Source: Isurus oxyrinchus
Lineage: Eukaryota
Direction: 5' to 3'
Assembly (NCBI GenBank): GCA_026770705.1
Contig: JANJGN010000035.1
Coordinates: 7,564,001-7,628,000 of the forward strand
DNA: 64,000 nt
Made by a program: the position numbers and the translations under genes. Under the pieces are notes generated by a model. That model saw nothing but the letters and a program-made list of their open reading frames with translations. It ran no database searches and was not told the origin of the DNA. Positions 1-13,210 of the stretch are shown here, piece after piece; the first letter of the stretch is position 1, and each line of letters starts with the position of its first letter.

Positions 1-443
1 GAAACGCAGACTTGGTGAACGCGTCTGATAGCAGCTGCTTTCAACCCACAAGCAGATCTTTGGTTTCCTGGCTCTTCCAAATACCATCATATATTTCCCA
101 CTCTATTGCAGATTTCTTTATTTTACCTGCCACGCTCTTGCAACAATACCCAACGCAATCCCAAAAAGAAATAACAACATTTTCATATCTTTCCTAGCGA
201 TTTCTAAGTCAGTTATTGCGTCATACAGGCGGAAACATTCGAAGTTTGCGATTTAAAATGCATCCACTAATGGTACACTTTGCACAGTATTTGTGCAGGC
301 GAGATTGCTCTTCTGGGAATTTACAAGGCAAAGCACTACGTATCAGCTTCCAATGTCGAGACCCCAGACATCTTCAGGATTGTCTTCACGCCTCCCTCCA
401 ACAAACTTCACCTTCCAACCCCCACCACCCCCCATCAAGACAC

Positions 444-478
444 AAAGACACACATACAAAGACACACACACATACAAA

Positions 479-514
<36 letters not shown>
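444..514. repeat. (CA)n microsatellite with imperfect CAAAGACACACA units
   Basis: Pure CA run at 481-513, preceded by degenerate units. It explains the THTHTH/VCVCVC ORFs. Confidence 0.97.
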
Positions 515-515
<1 letters not shown>

Positions 516-639
516 GCAGAAACATATTTCACCGTCTTAAAGAAAGAATGGAGTGAGCAAGCCAGAATCTACGGAACATTTACCCCAAATTCGATTATGT
601 TGAAAAAGATGGAATGCATTCTGAAAGAAATAGTGTAGT

Positions 640-1310
640 AGCACAACGTTTAGAAAGTGATAGAATCAAGCAGATCAAAAGAAATTTTATAAAAAGGGGA
701 ATCGTGATTGAAACATTTGTTAAAATTCATTGAGAATGTGGCAAGGAGTTTGGATGAAAACTAACCAGGAGATTAAATTTATCTAAATTGACAAAACTCA
801 TCTGGCAATGCAACCACATCAATGGTTGCCACAAGCCTTTCAGAGCACATCATTCAGGCGTGATATATCTGCATCGCTATGGTTCCTTATAGCTAACAGG
901 AAACAGAGATTCGGCATAGTTGAATCATGTTCAATTAGTAAACTGTAGCTGGTGGAGTGCCAGAAGAATCAGTGCTGTCCCCTCAAGTATTTGTTTTTTT
1001 CTATTAAATACTTGGGAAACAGGAGCAACATGTGGAAGTCAAATCTGAAGTAAACATGAAGATTGTTAGCCGAACACAATTGCAGGCGAATAGAAATTAA
1101 AATATAAATGTTAAGTGACTGGGCAATTAGGAGGTATTCAATATAGGTGCATTCCATACGGAAACTAAAATGACATCAACAAAGTTGTGTGAAGTAGTAA
1201 GAATAAAATGCATTTTAACTGAATATTGCAATGGAACAAGGACTTGAAGCTCCATACGTCATGAGGGACATTGGATTCGTGTTAACCAGTCAAGTGGTAA
1301 ACATTATATC
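640..1310 (+). mobile_element. Degenerate CR1 LINE ORF2 (RT) fragment
   Basis: Decayed equivalents of the QHGF-KGKSCLTNL, VDVIYLDF and GVPQGSVL motifs (e.g. ggagtgccagaagaatcagtgctg near 955-975). Many stops. Confidence 0.75.
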
Positions 1311-1469
1311 ATACTCTTGACTTTAGCATTTTTGAATACGCATGGGCTCAGACGAAGCATGAAGTGAGCCACCAGAACCAGCTTTAAAGCGTCTAACCTT
1401 CGACTTCAGCCACTGCATGTGTCTGGCTGGTCAAGCATGTTTGCGCTCAATTATGTTTCTGTTGATTAA

Positions 1470-2050
1470 GAAATGAGGATGTTGTTGAATGTCAAGGCAG
1501 GACCTTAATATTCTCTCATATAGGGGAAAATCATTGTCTTACGCTTTCTTGTGGAAATACTATTTGTCAGATTTCAGCCAGAGGTCGAATATTGGCAAAG
1601 TTTTCCTGCAAGTAAATCCTAAGTGCTTCATTAACTGAGGAGCTACCATTGGCATTGCGCACTGGTAAATCATTATTAAATTTTTACATTTTGAGGTAAT
1701 GTTGCAGAGAATGTTAATTGCTGAACCAACTGAAGGTGGTTTGGTCTAGCACACCATGTTGAGGAAGTTCGGATCGGTATATTGAGTTGCGATATTTGGC
1801 CCAAGAAAATCTTAACCATTCTCCTTTGTGCTAGGCTTGAATGTAGTCAGTGGTGACTTTTCTACTGATTTTCATCGGGCTCAGCTTTTCTGGAGTTCCC
1901 TGATGCCAAAAGCGGTCAAACACACACAAGGACATGGGCTTGCATCTCACATATTGAATACTGTTTCTTTGTCACTTATGAAACAATACTGTAATGCAGT
2001 CAGGAGCATAATGGCACTGACAGGTACAAAACACTGAGCAAGTTGTTGTG
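1470..2050 (-). mobile_element. Degenerate CR1/L2-like LINE RT fragment (same family as 10.85-12.5 kb)
   Basis: 1620-1770 resembles the minus-strand GVPQGSVLGPTIF...MFADD segment that is better preserved at 11680-11830. Confidence 0.6.
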
Positions 2051-3559
2051 TGAGTTCTGTTTGACTGCACTATCTTGAATGCACTAGATATGATCTTAGC
2101 TAATGATACCAGTGGACAAGTTGATCCAAGTGTGGAACACACTTTGATAGATGCCTACTTTTGTTTTTGTTTAGAAACGTGGAGGGTGCCCAATAAACAG
2201 ATTCACAGAGATGAGCTAATGAACATTCTAATGAAATAAAAGAAGACATTACAATCAAGAAAATAATATAATACTAATTCACCCATAAATCTACCTTTAC
2301 AGATACATACAGATTTGGAAGGTTGGCAGAAGTGAACTCAAATGTTCATAGCAAGTAAATAGTCCATTAAACTGCTAGGCGACCTGTGGCCAGGCACACC
2401 ACACTCTGAAACCAAGTGACAAATGCCACCTCAGGCAGATTCTATGGATCTTTCCTTAACTGAACATACATGATTGAGATACCGCGAGCCAACAAGTCTC
2501 ACTGAACTCCGCCTTGCAGATCATGAGGTGCAATCTCCACTGTGCAAGAAATCGCTCTAGGATCATTTCCAAAACACTTTAGCTCTGATGCCTTTCTCAA
2601 CGGTGCGCCCTAGGCATTCAAAATCACTGTCCGATATTATTGCCCGGTGGTTCACCATCTGCATTCAAACCTCCTTCAGACCACTGCCTCTCACTGACTT
2701 AGCCGTCAAAAGTACACCATAGATGCCTTTGCCATGGCACGCATTTATAAAGCTTCAGCTGTCGTTTTAGCATTCTCAAAAGCCGTTCCTGCTTTAAGTT
2801 TTGCTTCCTGCAGCTTCCATTTCGTTACATTTGAAGCCTGAAACCATCACCTGCCTCCTGCTGTTTACTTCACCGAAAACGTCACTTTCCCACATTCCTC
2901 TCCGACATTTTCTTAGAAGGTCTGCTTGGGATTTTCACCTGCTCCACTCTCCTGGGTGTGGTAGCTTTCCTCTGCAGGTTGAGACTTGATATATAACCAC
3001 TTGGTCTAGATTCCATTCTGTCAGCTGCCTTCAACTAGTTGAGTTCAATCTGCTTTACTTTTGTTCCTCTCTATATGTGTTTGTGTGGGTCATGCCTCTG
3101 TGGACCCCTGCTGCTAGGCAACAATACAAGTTTTAAAAGTGCTGTTATAAAAATATTTTTATCTTTCTTTTGACCTTTTATTATAGTCGTAAAAGGCAAA
3201 TGACTAATGCAGGCTTACAACCAGTTTTAGACCTGCTGTTGCCCTAAGCAATGAAAGCAGATCCCAGTTTTCATAATTTATCGTGACTCCAAACTTCAAG
3301 TAGGCTTTTTCTTAACGGACTGGTGTAGAAATCGACATTCAATATAAAAGATATGCCTTATTCTTACCACACTACTTACTTTGACAGAGTCTATTTCTTG
3401 AGTGTTTTGATTTAGCTGTTAAGGACCGAGACTGGACTTTGCTTGATTGTTTTTGTTGCTCTTTTGGTAGAGAGGGCGCATTGGAAAATGTATTTTATTT
3501 CTTCATTGTCGGTCAGATAATGATGATATACATACCATGATATGGACATGCGAATGAGG

Positions 3560-4990
3560 AGCAAGTGTCGGCCATTCAATCTTTCGAGCATAACCATTCA
3601 ATTAATGAGATCATGGCAAAACTGTTAGTAACTTGAAATAGTCATCCCACCCACCCCGCAAAGCCTATTAAGCTCTTGATGCCAGGATTCTACCCACATC
3701 TGCTTTACGATTATTCAAACACGGCTTCAACCATCTTTTCACAAAGTGGGTTCCAAAGATTTTCTTGCCTCCGAGTGAAAATAAAACGCTTCATCGCTGT
3801 TCAGAATGGCAATCCCCTTCTTTTTAGACAGTGAACCCTGGTTCTTGATGCTCCCAGAGGAAGAAACATTGTCTCCACATCCGCCCCTTCAAGGCCCCTG
3901 AGAAACTTATATTTTTTTTCATCAAGCGGCCTCTTATTCTTCAAAACGCCAGCAGAAAGAAGCCATTACTGTCCGAGCATTACCCATATGACAACCCACC
4001 GACTCCAGGTATTTGTCTGGTAAACGCATTCTGAACTGTTTCCAATGTATACTCATTGTTTTTGAAATAAGGTGAACAACACTGTATGCAGCGCAGCAAA
4101 TGTGACATTACTAGTGCACAGTACAACCGAAGCATAACCTCCCTACTTTTGATTTCAATTACTCTCGCAATACATGTTAACATTTGATTAGCTTTCCTGA
4201 TTACATGCAGCATTTGATAATCTGCTTTGGAACAACTGCCTAGTTTTGGAGCAGAACACTTCAGGACTGTGGGTGTGATCATTAAAGGGTGCAAACGTTT
4301 TCAGCTATTCAGAGCATTCAGTTTTTTACTGATGTTACGCTGAATAATTCAACTAATTTAAATAGAGATATTTTTGGTGTTTCAGATCTGAGGTTAATGA
4401 CGAGCTGGATCATCCATTTGACACTTCTGGATGAATATTTTTTTAAATGCTTAAGGATCGTTTTTCGGATTCAAAAGTTCGGTTCTTCAATTATTGAGGA
4501 TTGCCGTGCTTACCTGACTCCCTGCCACCAGCACTTCCATCCTCCCTCTGTTATTCCTTTAATTCTGCACCAGGGATCATGACTATATGTGACATAGCTG
4601 CAAATCTTTGCGATGATCTGTTGGTTGTTGGATAGCTAAGATATGTTAAACTTGGTTGCCCACTGCTCCGTTTGCAAAGTTGTTTCTATTGTTTCCACTA
4701 TCGATGGCACCTGTTGTCTACATAGGCAGTGGGCTTATGGTCACAACTACTTTCTACAGCCATTTCAACTTCCACGAATATCCTGGTTTCCCCGGGAGTA
4801 TGTTTATGTTCATCCTGCCCTCCACAGCGGGTTGTTCCCTCCGGTCGGTTACACTAGGTTTGATTGAGCTCCTTTAAATTCTGTTCTTCCCTTACTTATT
4901 GTTCCAAAGATATTAACTGCTGGCATAGGCACTTCAGTAACCGCCAATACTGTCTTTAGAAGATCCCATATCGCCTCTACATTTTAATTC
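3560..4990 (-). mobile_element. CR1 LINE 3' end and ORF2 fragments
   Basis: ORF 3980-4294 reads IRKANQML..KSREVMLRLYCALVMSHL..CIQ..SPY..TLETVQ..FTR.IPG..GLSY, the CR1 C-terminus. A CR1-type 3' UTR lies near 3560-3620. Confidence 0.85.
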
Positions 4991-5024
4991 CCCTCCAGTT
5001 AGTCGCATTGCACTCATATAGTAT

Positions 5025-5630
5025 ATAAAAGCAAAGTAGTGCAGATGTTGTCAATTTCGGTAAAAACTGAAAGAGTTGGAAAAACTCACAGGTCAGACAG
5101 GATCTGTGGGTGGAGCCTGAGTGATTGGACGGGGGGGGGGGGGGGTGTTGTTGAGGAACAGAGTTAACTTTTGCAGTCTGTCTGACTGTTATCCGGAGAT
5201 AAATCGAAGTAACAATGTGAAGGAATTCATGCTGTTTAACGAATCGGGTGTGAGGGCTGGTGCAGCCAGATAGGTCATGGATAGGTGATGACTCAAAAGA
5301 GATCGACAAAGGTGTTGCTGTCACAAGACAACGTGAATGTTAACGGTATTGGTGAAGAATAAACAGGTTCTGATCGTGGCGTAAATGTAGAAGAGCAGAA
5401 TGTTAGTGGGAGATCAACGGTCAAGGCTCCGAGAAAGTACAACCTAGAAACAAATCACAGATCGCCCTGTCAGGGCGGACGTTTGCTGTTGTTTGACGAC
5501 AAAGGAAAACAACATAAATAAATAAAAATCTACATGTTTGAAGATAGAGGAGAGAGTTCATTGTCTGAAGTTACCTTTCCTCTCCATCAGCTCTTATGAA
5601 GTAATGCCAGAACCCCAGTTTTTGTTTACT
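5025..5630. mobile_element. Penelope-like / non-autonomous chondrichthyan repeat remnant
   Basis: Terminus aaaagcaaagtagtgcagatgttg...aaaactcacaggtcagacaggatctgtgg...gagttaac. Related termini occur at ~14500-14570, ~48340-48460 and ~50710-50770. Confidence 0.55.
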
Positions 5631-6739
5631 GTAGGTGACATAAGTATGGTGGCTAACATGTTCACCTGCAATTTCCAAGTTTTACGTATTGAATTATTTA
5701 CAGCTATGTTTAATGTCCTGTTCATTTATTCCAAATTTCCCAATCATTGGGGATGTTAGGTGCCTGTGCAGCACCTAGCTGACCCATCAGGGTTAGGACC
5801 TAACATAACTGGCGAAAAACATCTGCTTTGACTGGGCTCAATTTGATGATGTTCTAACACATACTGATTTTCTGCTTCCACATGAGCTTGCTTTCCGGAT
5901 TTAAACATTAAAGATATTACCATGTGGGAGAAAACTCCGCTGCATCCAAAATCCGATGTGGCTTAAGTTGTAAACGATAATTTATCCCTCCAGATTCCGT
6001 TAGGTTAAGTAAATAACATTAACAAATCCTCTAACGGTCATGCCTTTAAGTTTGAAAATATGGTATGTAACTGTCCTATTATTTCGTTGATAGCAAACCA
6101 GGTAGAAGGAGGGTCATTTTGTGAACTTTCTGGGTCTCCATCTACCTCACTTTCACTCTCCCTTTCGTTCCACCCTATACTTACAACCTGATATACCTGC
6201 CCTTTCCTACCATTCTTGATACAATGGTATCATTTTAACATCTTGATAATGCATAGCCAATTACCTTTTTGTACAACCTTGGGCAAATGTCAAATCATTT
6301 TTGTTTGCTAACACTATTAACTACCAGGTATACACGGATGAAATTCGCTTTCAGAAGCTGCACATTTAATAACAATAACACAAAGCATTCACACCTGGTT
6401 GTAATTTCTGTGTCATTGCTTATTTATTGCCCATGCTTTCATCTTTGTTTAAGAATCCTAAAGCTGTCCTTGAGCAACATTGCAGGCTCTCATGTGCCTT
6501 TCCTGGAACACAGAGTGATAATTTAACAGAAGAATGCTTCTTCTCTCCTAAAAAAAAACTACTTTTCTTTGATAAATTTTTGGGTCCTCCTAACTCATAT
6601 CCGTAAATTAATTTAAAATGCTTAAAGAAAGTAGATTGATTTGGTGAATCATGGTCCACAAATAAACCAACATCCAATGCTTTCCGCCACTCATGGGAAT
6701 ATTCATGACAACATGCTTTGACAATCGTTTTGATACTTT

Positions 6740-7800
6740 GGCGGTGCCTCTCTAAACAATCGGTGTTTCTGTAGGCTCCTGCAGCTCCTTCAAAGTTTCA
6801 CCATTTTTTTTATATTGCATGTTGCTTCAACCAAAATGCATTACCTCACACTTCTGCCCTTTGAAATTCACCTGCCACCTAACTTGTCAATGCCTCTTGA
6901 ATTTGATCCCATCCTGCCATGGTTCACAAAACTCCCAAGCTTCGCATCATTCGCTGCATTTGAAATTCTCTCAGGCAAACCAAGATCTCGAAACTAAATA
7001 TCAGGAAAAGCAAGGGCCGCAACGCCTATCCATGTGGCACTCCACTAGATCATCTTTCGATGCCGAAAAATATCTATTGTCCATTACTCTCTGCTTACTA
7101 CTTTTCAGCCAGTGCTGCATTCACTACACGACCGTCCCTTTTATTCCAGGGGCAATAACTTTTTGTCGCAAATTATTTGTATGACCTGTTTGAAATGTAT
7201 TTTCGGAGTCCATATACACCACATCAACAGCATCACCCTCATCCAACTTTTCTGTCAGCTCAACAAAAAAAAACCCTGCAAATTTCTGAATCACGATTTC
7301 TCCATTAGAATTCCAAGCTGGCTCTTTCTTTGCAAGTCATCTTTTGCCAAGTGACTACTAATTCTATTCTGAACCATGCTAACAACTGAAATTGAATTGG
7401 CTGTAATGGCCGGACTGATCCTTGAAATCTTTCCTGAACAAAAGTGTATTTTCTGCATATCTCCTGTTCTATGGCAGCACACCTGAGTCTAAGCAAGACT
7501 GGAAGATTATGCCCATTCTTCTGGACATTCTACTCTCACTTCCGTAGATATGCTGGGATGAATATTGCCTAGCCCCGGTGCATTGCCAATTTGAAGTACC
7601 AAGAGTCTATTCAACACTTCCCCCTTATTCATTTGACATCTTCTCGTGACTGAGTTCGCCGTATGTAATTAGGACCTGGGTAGCAACTATCACATTTGTA
7701 ATAACGGATGTAAAGTTTCCATTTAATACCTCAGCCATTAACCCTTCAGTTCTTGTAAATTTTCCTTGAGGTTTTTATTCGGCCCTAGTCCTCCTACATA
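6740..7800 (-). mobile_element. Degenerate CR1 RT fragment
   Basis: The reverse strand of 7010-7050 gives SGVPHG*ALRPLLFLI (cf. SGVPQGSVLGPLLFLI). Flanking RT motifs are decayed. Confidence 0.75.
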
Positions 7801-7899
7801 CTTCTGTATTTAGCTGAACAGTTTCAAAATGAAACCTTGACCAATCAGGAACACTGATAGAACCATGCATCGGTAAATTGTTTCTGCTTTGCCAATATG

Positions 7900-10600
7900 A
7901 TCTACATGTCTCCAAATGACCTGATCTTCCAGTTTCACATGGCAGGGAAGAGGTCCTGTTACTGTGCTTATTTAACCAAACAACCAGATGGATCCTTCTT
8001 CAGAATTCTTCAAACATACCTTATAACCTACATTAAATGCTATGTTACGATTCTGACAACCTTACCCATTTCAGTAACTTTCCTGAATCATTTCTGCCCG
8101 CCCCTTACGACTCAGGTAGGAATCGTCAGACTAAATTTCGATCGGAGTCGACGATCGATCAACAATTAAGCAGACATGGCACGTCTCGATGTTTGAGGCG
8201 TTGTTCTATAATGGACAATAAAAGTTTAGTCGCTATAGAATCTCAAGCCAATTTCTTCATTACAGACATGAATGTGTTAACCGCTCCCTCTGCCAATACA
8301 TTTGAAGAAGGGTTGCACCGTCAACTTTTTGCTGAGTCTGAACATTAACTTTGAAAAGTCGGTGAAACACAGCACTCATAACTACGGTTGCAATGCCAAA
8401 AACGATCACTGCTGGTTGTGCATTACTGTGAAAATGTGTTATAACTTGCCAATTGTAGAAAAATATGTCAGCAACTCACTCTAGATATGTTTATCCATTT
8501 TGAGTGTACACATACGATAAGTAGAAAAATTGCTCACATATAAGATCCCACATAGTGGATGTGTGCACCCATTCATGGCGGTCTTGGCCACTTACAAGGA
8601 TGTAATGGAACTGTTGAAGTCAACTTTTACACTTTGTGACGCTGCATGGAACTTCGCAAAAAAGTTCTCTATTACTCAATCCATCCCAGGCCACTACAGA
8701 TTGCTGTATTTTCTGACCTTTATTCAAGAAATACTTGGAAGAGCCTTGTGAAGTTCAGTTCAGGCAACAATGGCTTTCGTCCTTTTGGAGGAACAATCAC
8801 TCGTGTTCTCCATGTTAAGATACCTTCCTGGCTGTTTGTATTGTATCATCTCAAAAAATGATTCCATTTCACATAATCCCTGTTCTCGTGACCAACAATG
8901 AAGAACTTCTACTCGTACTTTGGATAAGATTTCGTCCCCTCTTTCCCAATCCCTCATCTATCTAGCATATATCATTGATGAATCCAGAAAGGTTCAATAA
9001 TAAAAATAATTCTTGAGGAACTGGACCACCCTCACCGTTTACCTGCATGGGAAGCGAATTAATGCATCAGCGTTTGCAATTTGACTTCAGGGCCTTCGAA
9101 TGAAATTATCCTCAAACGCTTGCAAGCTGAATGGTACTATTTTACTTGGTCTCTTCTTTTGACGACATCCTTCTTTCTGACAATGAATTATTTCTGACTT
9201 CACTATTATCAGGATTATTCTCAGACTTAAGATCAACTTGAGTAAACTCAATGGTTGAGTTTTCTAGAATTTCATCATCTGTCTGCTGCTTAAAAAATAT
9301 GCAACTTTACACCAAAGCCTTCTTGTTTGTTCTTTGTTGATTTTTCAGCTCTTCTATATGTTTTGCATTGGGGGATTGCCTGTTGGGAAATTAAGCATTG
9401 CCGTGTCTTCTCTGTCAATTGATCCTTCACCTTACTTGGGAAGTTCAGAGCTCACATTGTTTCCCTTCAAACTTTATCAGATACATATTCTTAGACAGGA
9501 TTGTGGAAACTGATAGTGCATAAAGGTATTTCGGCCGTTTTTCACATTGTTCTGCAATATCTGTGATAACTCAATGTTCCTTTCCCTCAGACAGTTTCAT
9601 GCAATACCAACTACAAACATTATGGGTAATTTCAAGGTTTGAACTCGGCAGTTTACAGTGCCTTCACATGTACTCCTGAACTGTTCGCCTTCTCCAATGA
9701 AAATTTTAAACTCAGAATCTGTTTCTTCGAAATTTAGTTTACATTCCCTTGTGGTTCAAGTATTTAATCAAATGCTCACGTATCAAACTAGAGGATTAGT
9801 GGATGCTCCTTCATTCAACATTATATTAAGCTGCCTCTCATTCGCTCTCCTGTCTAATAAATAGGCCATGTATTTCCTTTGTTTAAATTACACAACAAAT
9901 AAATAACTGAATCTATTTCTTCAGGCTTTCCAAGGCGTTAGCTCTCATTGGCTTTTTAAATTTTGTTTGAGGGTCTGCCTTATTCAATCTTTACAATATA
10001 TCATGAGGTGCCGTTCCGAAGACAGAAAATCATTCTCTTTATTTAAACTGTGCTTCATTTCAAGGTTGTTTTCTTCCACCTCTGTTACTTTTATGATATG
10101 TTTGGGTGGTACGTTTTTTTTTTATAACCTAGCGATGTCTGCTCCCGCTTCTGAGCAAACTACTCTTTTACATTTACAGTCTTTTTGTCTGAGACACTCG
10201 ACCCAACGCGGAAAAAAAACACCACGTTGCGCTCTCTGTATGCCTTTCCAGCCCCGCTCTGCACCTAACATGGCTAGAGGAATTTCCAATGCCTTCTGAA
10301 AATTCAATTTTTGTTCACAGACTCATCCTTTCTGAATTACAACTTCATTTATGCCACAAACCAAAAGACATCTATGCATATCATTGATAGATGTACCAAA
10401 CACGGAATATTGTTTTATCCATTTCAGGTTTGACATTAAAAAGGGAATTCTGTCCTGCGGTGCTCCATTGCTTGAATTAACTTGTAAATGTTGCATCATT
10501 ACTGAAACTGTTACCTAGTACTGATACTTTACGAGATTCATTAAGCCATCAAGACATTTCGAATCTGGCCACTGGGCATTACTATGAAGAAGAGAGTTAA
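7900..10600 (-). mobile_element. Gypsy/Ty3 LTR retrotransposon pol remnant (RT-RNase H-integrase)
   Basis: Minus-strand translations: IANADAL (~9060-9080), ILTWRTRVIVPPKGRKPLLPEL (~8760-8820), WPGMD, VPLHPCKWP, and PSSNVLAEGAVNTF (cf. SSNGLAERAVQTF, ~8270-8310). Multiple stops and frameshifts. Confidence 0.85.
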
Positions 10601-10849
10601 TTAAGTTAATGCGTTAATTCCACACATGGGTAAGAGAATCACATGCTTCTGCTCTTTCATCACAATCTTGTCAGCCATAACGGAGAAGGGGAGGTGTTGA
10701 ACATAAAGAGATCAGTCACATCAGGCTGGTGTGATAGCTGCCAATCTTCCAAATTGTGGCATGCTCTGTGCGGATTGCTTTGCCGATTAGGATTGGAAAT
10801 TTTATTCACTTACAATTACCGTACAAGGTTTCTGCTCATTCAAAAGAAT

Positions 10850-12500
10850 TGAGCTTGGCTCGCAGAGCCAGCATGTATTCCAGAACGCTACTTTCCATTG
10901 AAAAGTTTTTGGTGAGCTGTCTTATTAAGCTGCTGCAGTCCATGTGGTGGAAGGACACTCTCAGTATAATTAGGAGTGGAGTTAGAGGATTCTGAGCCAG
11001 TAACAGTGAAGGAATGGGGATGCATATGCAATTCAGGATGTTGTGTCACGTTGAGTGTAACTTGGAATAGTTTTTCCTGTCTATCTGATGCCCTTATCGA
11101 GCTAGATTCTAGAGGTCGTCAGTTTGCACGTTGCTGTCGAAAGGGTCTTGGTGAATTCTTACAGTGCATCTTCTCGATGACACACACTGCTGCTAAGCAG
11201 TGCCTGTGGAGAAGGGAGTGAACGTTTGTGGATGTGCTACAAATCCAGCTGGCTGATTTCTTCTGGATGGCGTAAAGCTTCCTCAGTCTTATGGGAGCAG
11301 CACAGATCCAGGCAGGTGGGAAAGATTCTACAGACTCCTGACATGTGCATTGTGGACAGTGGACAGGCTCCGCTGATTCAGAAGGTGAATTATTTGTCAC
11401 AGCATTCCTAAGCTCTGAAATGATCCTGTAGCTACAGCATTTATACTGCTGTTTCAGATCTGTTTCAGCTCAATATTACCACCCAGCTGTTTGATAGTGG
11501 GGGAATTCAGTGCTCGAACTACCACTGAACACTATTGAGCTATGGTTGTTGCCTCTGTTGCCGCAGAGAGCCATTTCTTGACACTTGTGATTTGTGAAAT
11601 TTGATTGCCATTTGTCAGAACCAGCCTAGATTTTGTCCAAGTATTTTTGCATTTGGACAAAGGATGCTTCGGTATCTGAGGAGTCGCAAATGCTGCTGAA
11701 CGTTGGGCCATCATCTGGGAACATTCCTCCTTCCAACCTTATGATGGAAGGAAGGTAATTGATGAAGGAGCGGAACATGGTTGGGCCGGGAACAGCACCC
11801 TGAATAACTCAAGCAATGACGTTTCTGGAGTTGAGATGTCAGACCTCTAAAAACTACAACCTTCTTCGTTTGTTCTAGTTATGACTCCAACCAACGGAGA
11901 GCTTTCCTCTGATTCCCATTGTCTCGAGTATTGGTCAAATGCTGCCACGTTTGCAAGGGCAATCACCCTCACCAACCTCGAGAGTTTGGCTCGTTTGTCC
12001 TTATTTTTCCCAAGGCTGAAATGGGGCCAAGGCCTGAAGGGTCCTGGTGGAACGCATACTCGGCGTCATTTATTACATTTAAAGAACTGCTGATGACATT
12101 TCCTTACTTTGCTATTGTTGAGAATAGACTGATGGAGCGCTACTTGGCCGTGTTCAATCAGTCCTGTTTTTCGTGTACATGACATACCTATGCAATTTTA
12201 CACAAAGCCAGTTAGAATGCAGTCTAGTAGCTGTACGGAACAGTTTGTCTAGTGACCTGGCAAGTCCTGGAGTACCAGCCTTCAGCGCTATTACTGGAAA
12301 GTTGTCAGGGCCCATAGCATTTCCAGTATTCCATGCTTTTAGCCATTCCTTGATATCAAGTGGGGTGAAATGAATTGGCTGAAGACTGGCATCCGCGATG
12401 CTGGGGACATGCGTTGGACACCGAGATGCATCATGCACTCGGCACTTCTGGCTGAAGATTGCAGGAAGTTCTTCAGCCTTATCTGCGGCACTGTTGTACC
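10850..12500 (-). mobile_element. CR1/L2-like LINE, 3' half (RT to 3' end)
   Basis: ORF 12154-12438 reads DASLQPIHFTPLDIKEWLKA..AMGPDNFPVIALK..P.LA..L.KLF. The RT core at 11700-11830 is on the reverse strand. Confidence 0.85.
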
Positions 12501-12739
12501 GGTCTTCTCCATCATTATGGATGCCTGACGTGCTTTACACATTGCATGCATCTTGTTCACTTTAACCAGTATAATTGCACGTTGTGGCTTGTTTATTGTC
12601 ACATTAGGCAATTAAATGCACATTTAAATAACGACGGCGTGTTCCCGACATTTTGACCCACATGGCAGTAGGATTGTCTAAAACGAGCATCATGAAATCG
12701 GGACGGCCGCCCGACCTAATCACTGCCTTTGAACATAAG

Positions 12740-13210
12740 GGGAATTTTGGTGATGATTGCACAATGTTCAGCACTATTCCCGACTCCTCGGTTACTCAAG
12801 CAGTCCATGTACAAATTCTGCAGGGACTGGACAATATTCAGTCTAGCCTCAAAAGTGCCAAGTAATATGCGCACCACATAAGTGTCAGACAACAAACTTC
12901 TCCAACAATAAAGAGGCTAACTATTGTCCCATGAATTTCAATGACATTACCTACGCTGAAAAAAATCACTATTAACATTCTGGGTATTACTACTGACCAG
13001 GAACAAGTCTGGACTCGCCATGCAAATGTTATTGTCAGACTAGAAGGTTACAGGTTAAACCTGCGACGAGTAACTCAACTCTGAACTCCCAAAATCCTGT
13101 CCACCATCTACAACGTACAAGATGGTATGATGATTAAATGTGCTGCACTTCCCAGCTTAAGTGCATTTGCAGTAGACATCAAAATGCTGAACATAAAACA
13201 GGCTTAAACA
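12740..13210 (+). mobile_element. CR1/L2-like LINE RT C-terminal fragment
   Basis: FGDDCTMFSTIPDSSVTQAVHVQILQGLDNIQ (cf. FADDCTMFSTI...). Confidence 0.8.

Noticed and set aside
216-638. 140-aa ORF with THTH repeats and overlapping ORFs
   Set aside because: Produced by the (CA)n microsatellite.
8037-8957. Protein-like frames initially suspected to be host exons
   Set aside because: The minus-strand translation matches Gypsy integrase motifs.
10850-13210. Apparent large inverted repeat
   Set aside because: These are two independently decayed copies of the same abundant LINE in opposite orientation, not a structured element.
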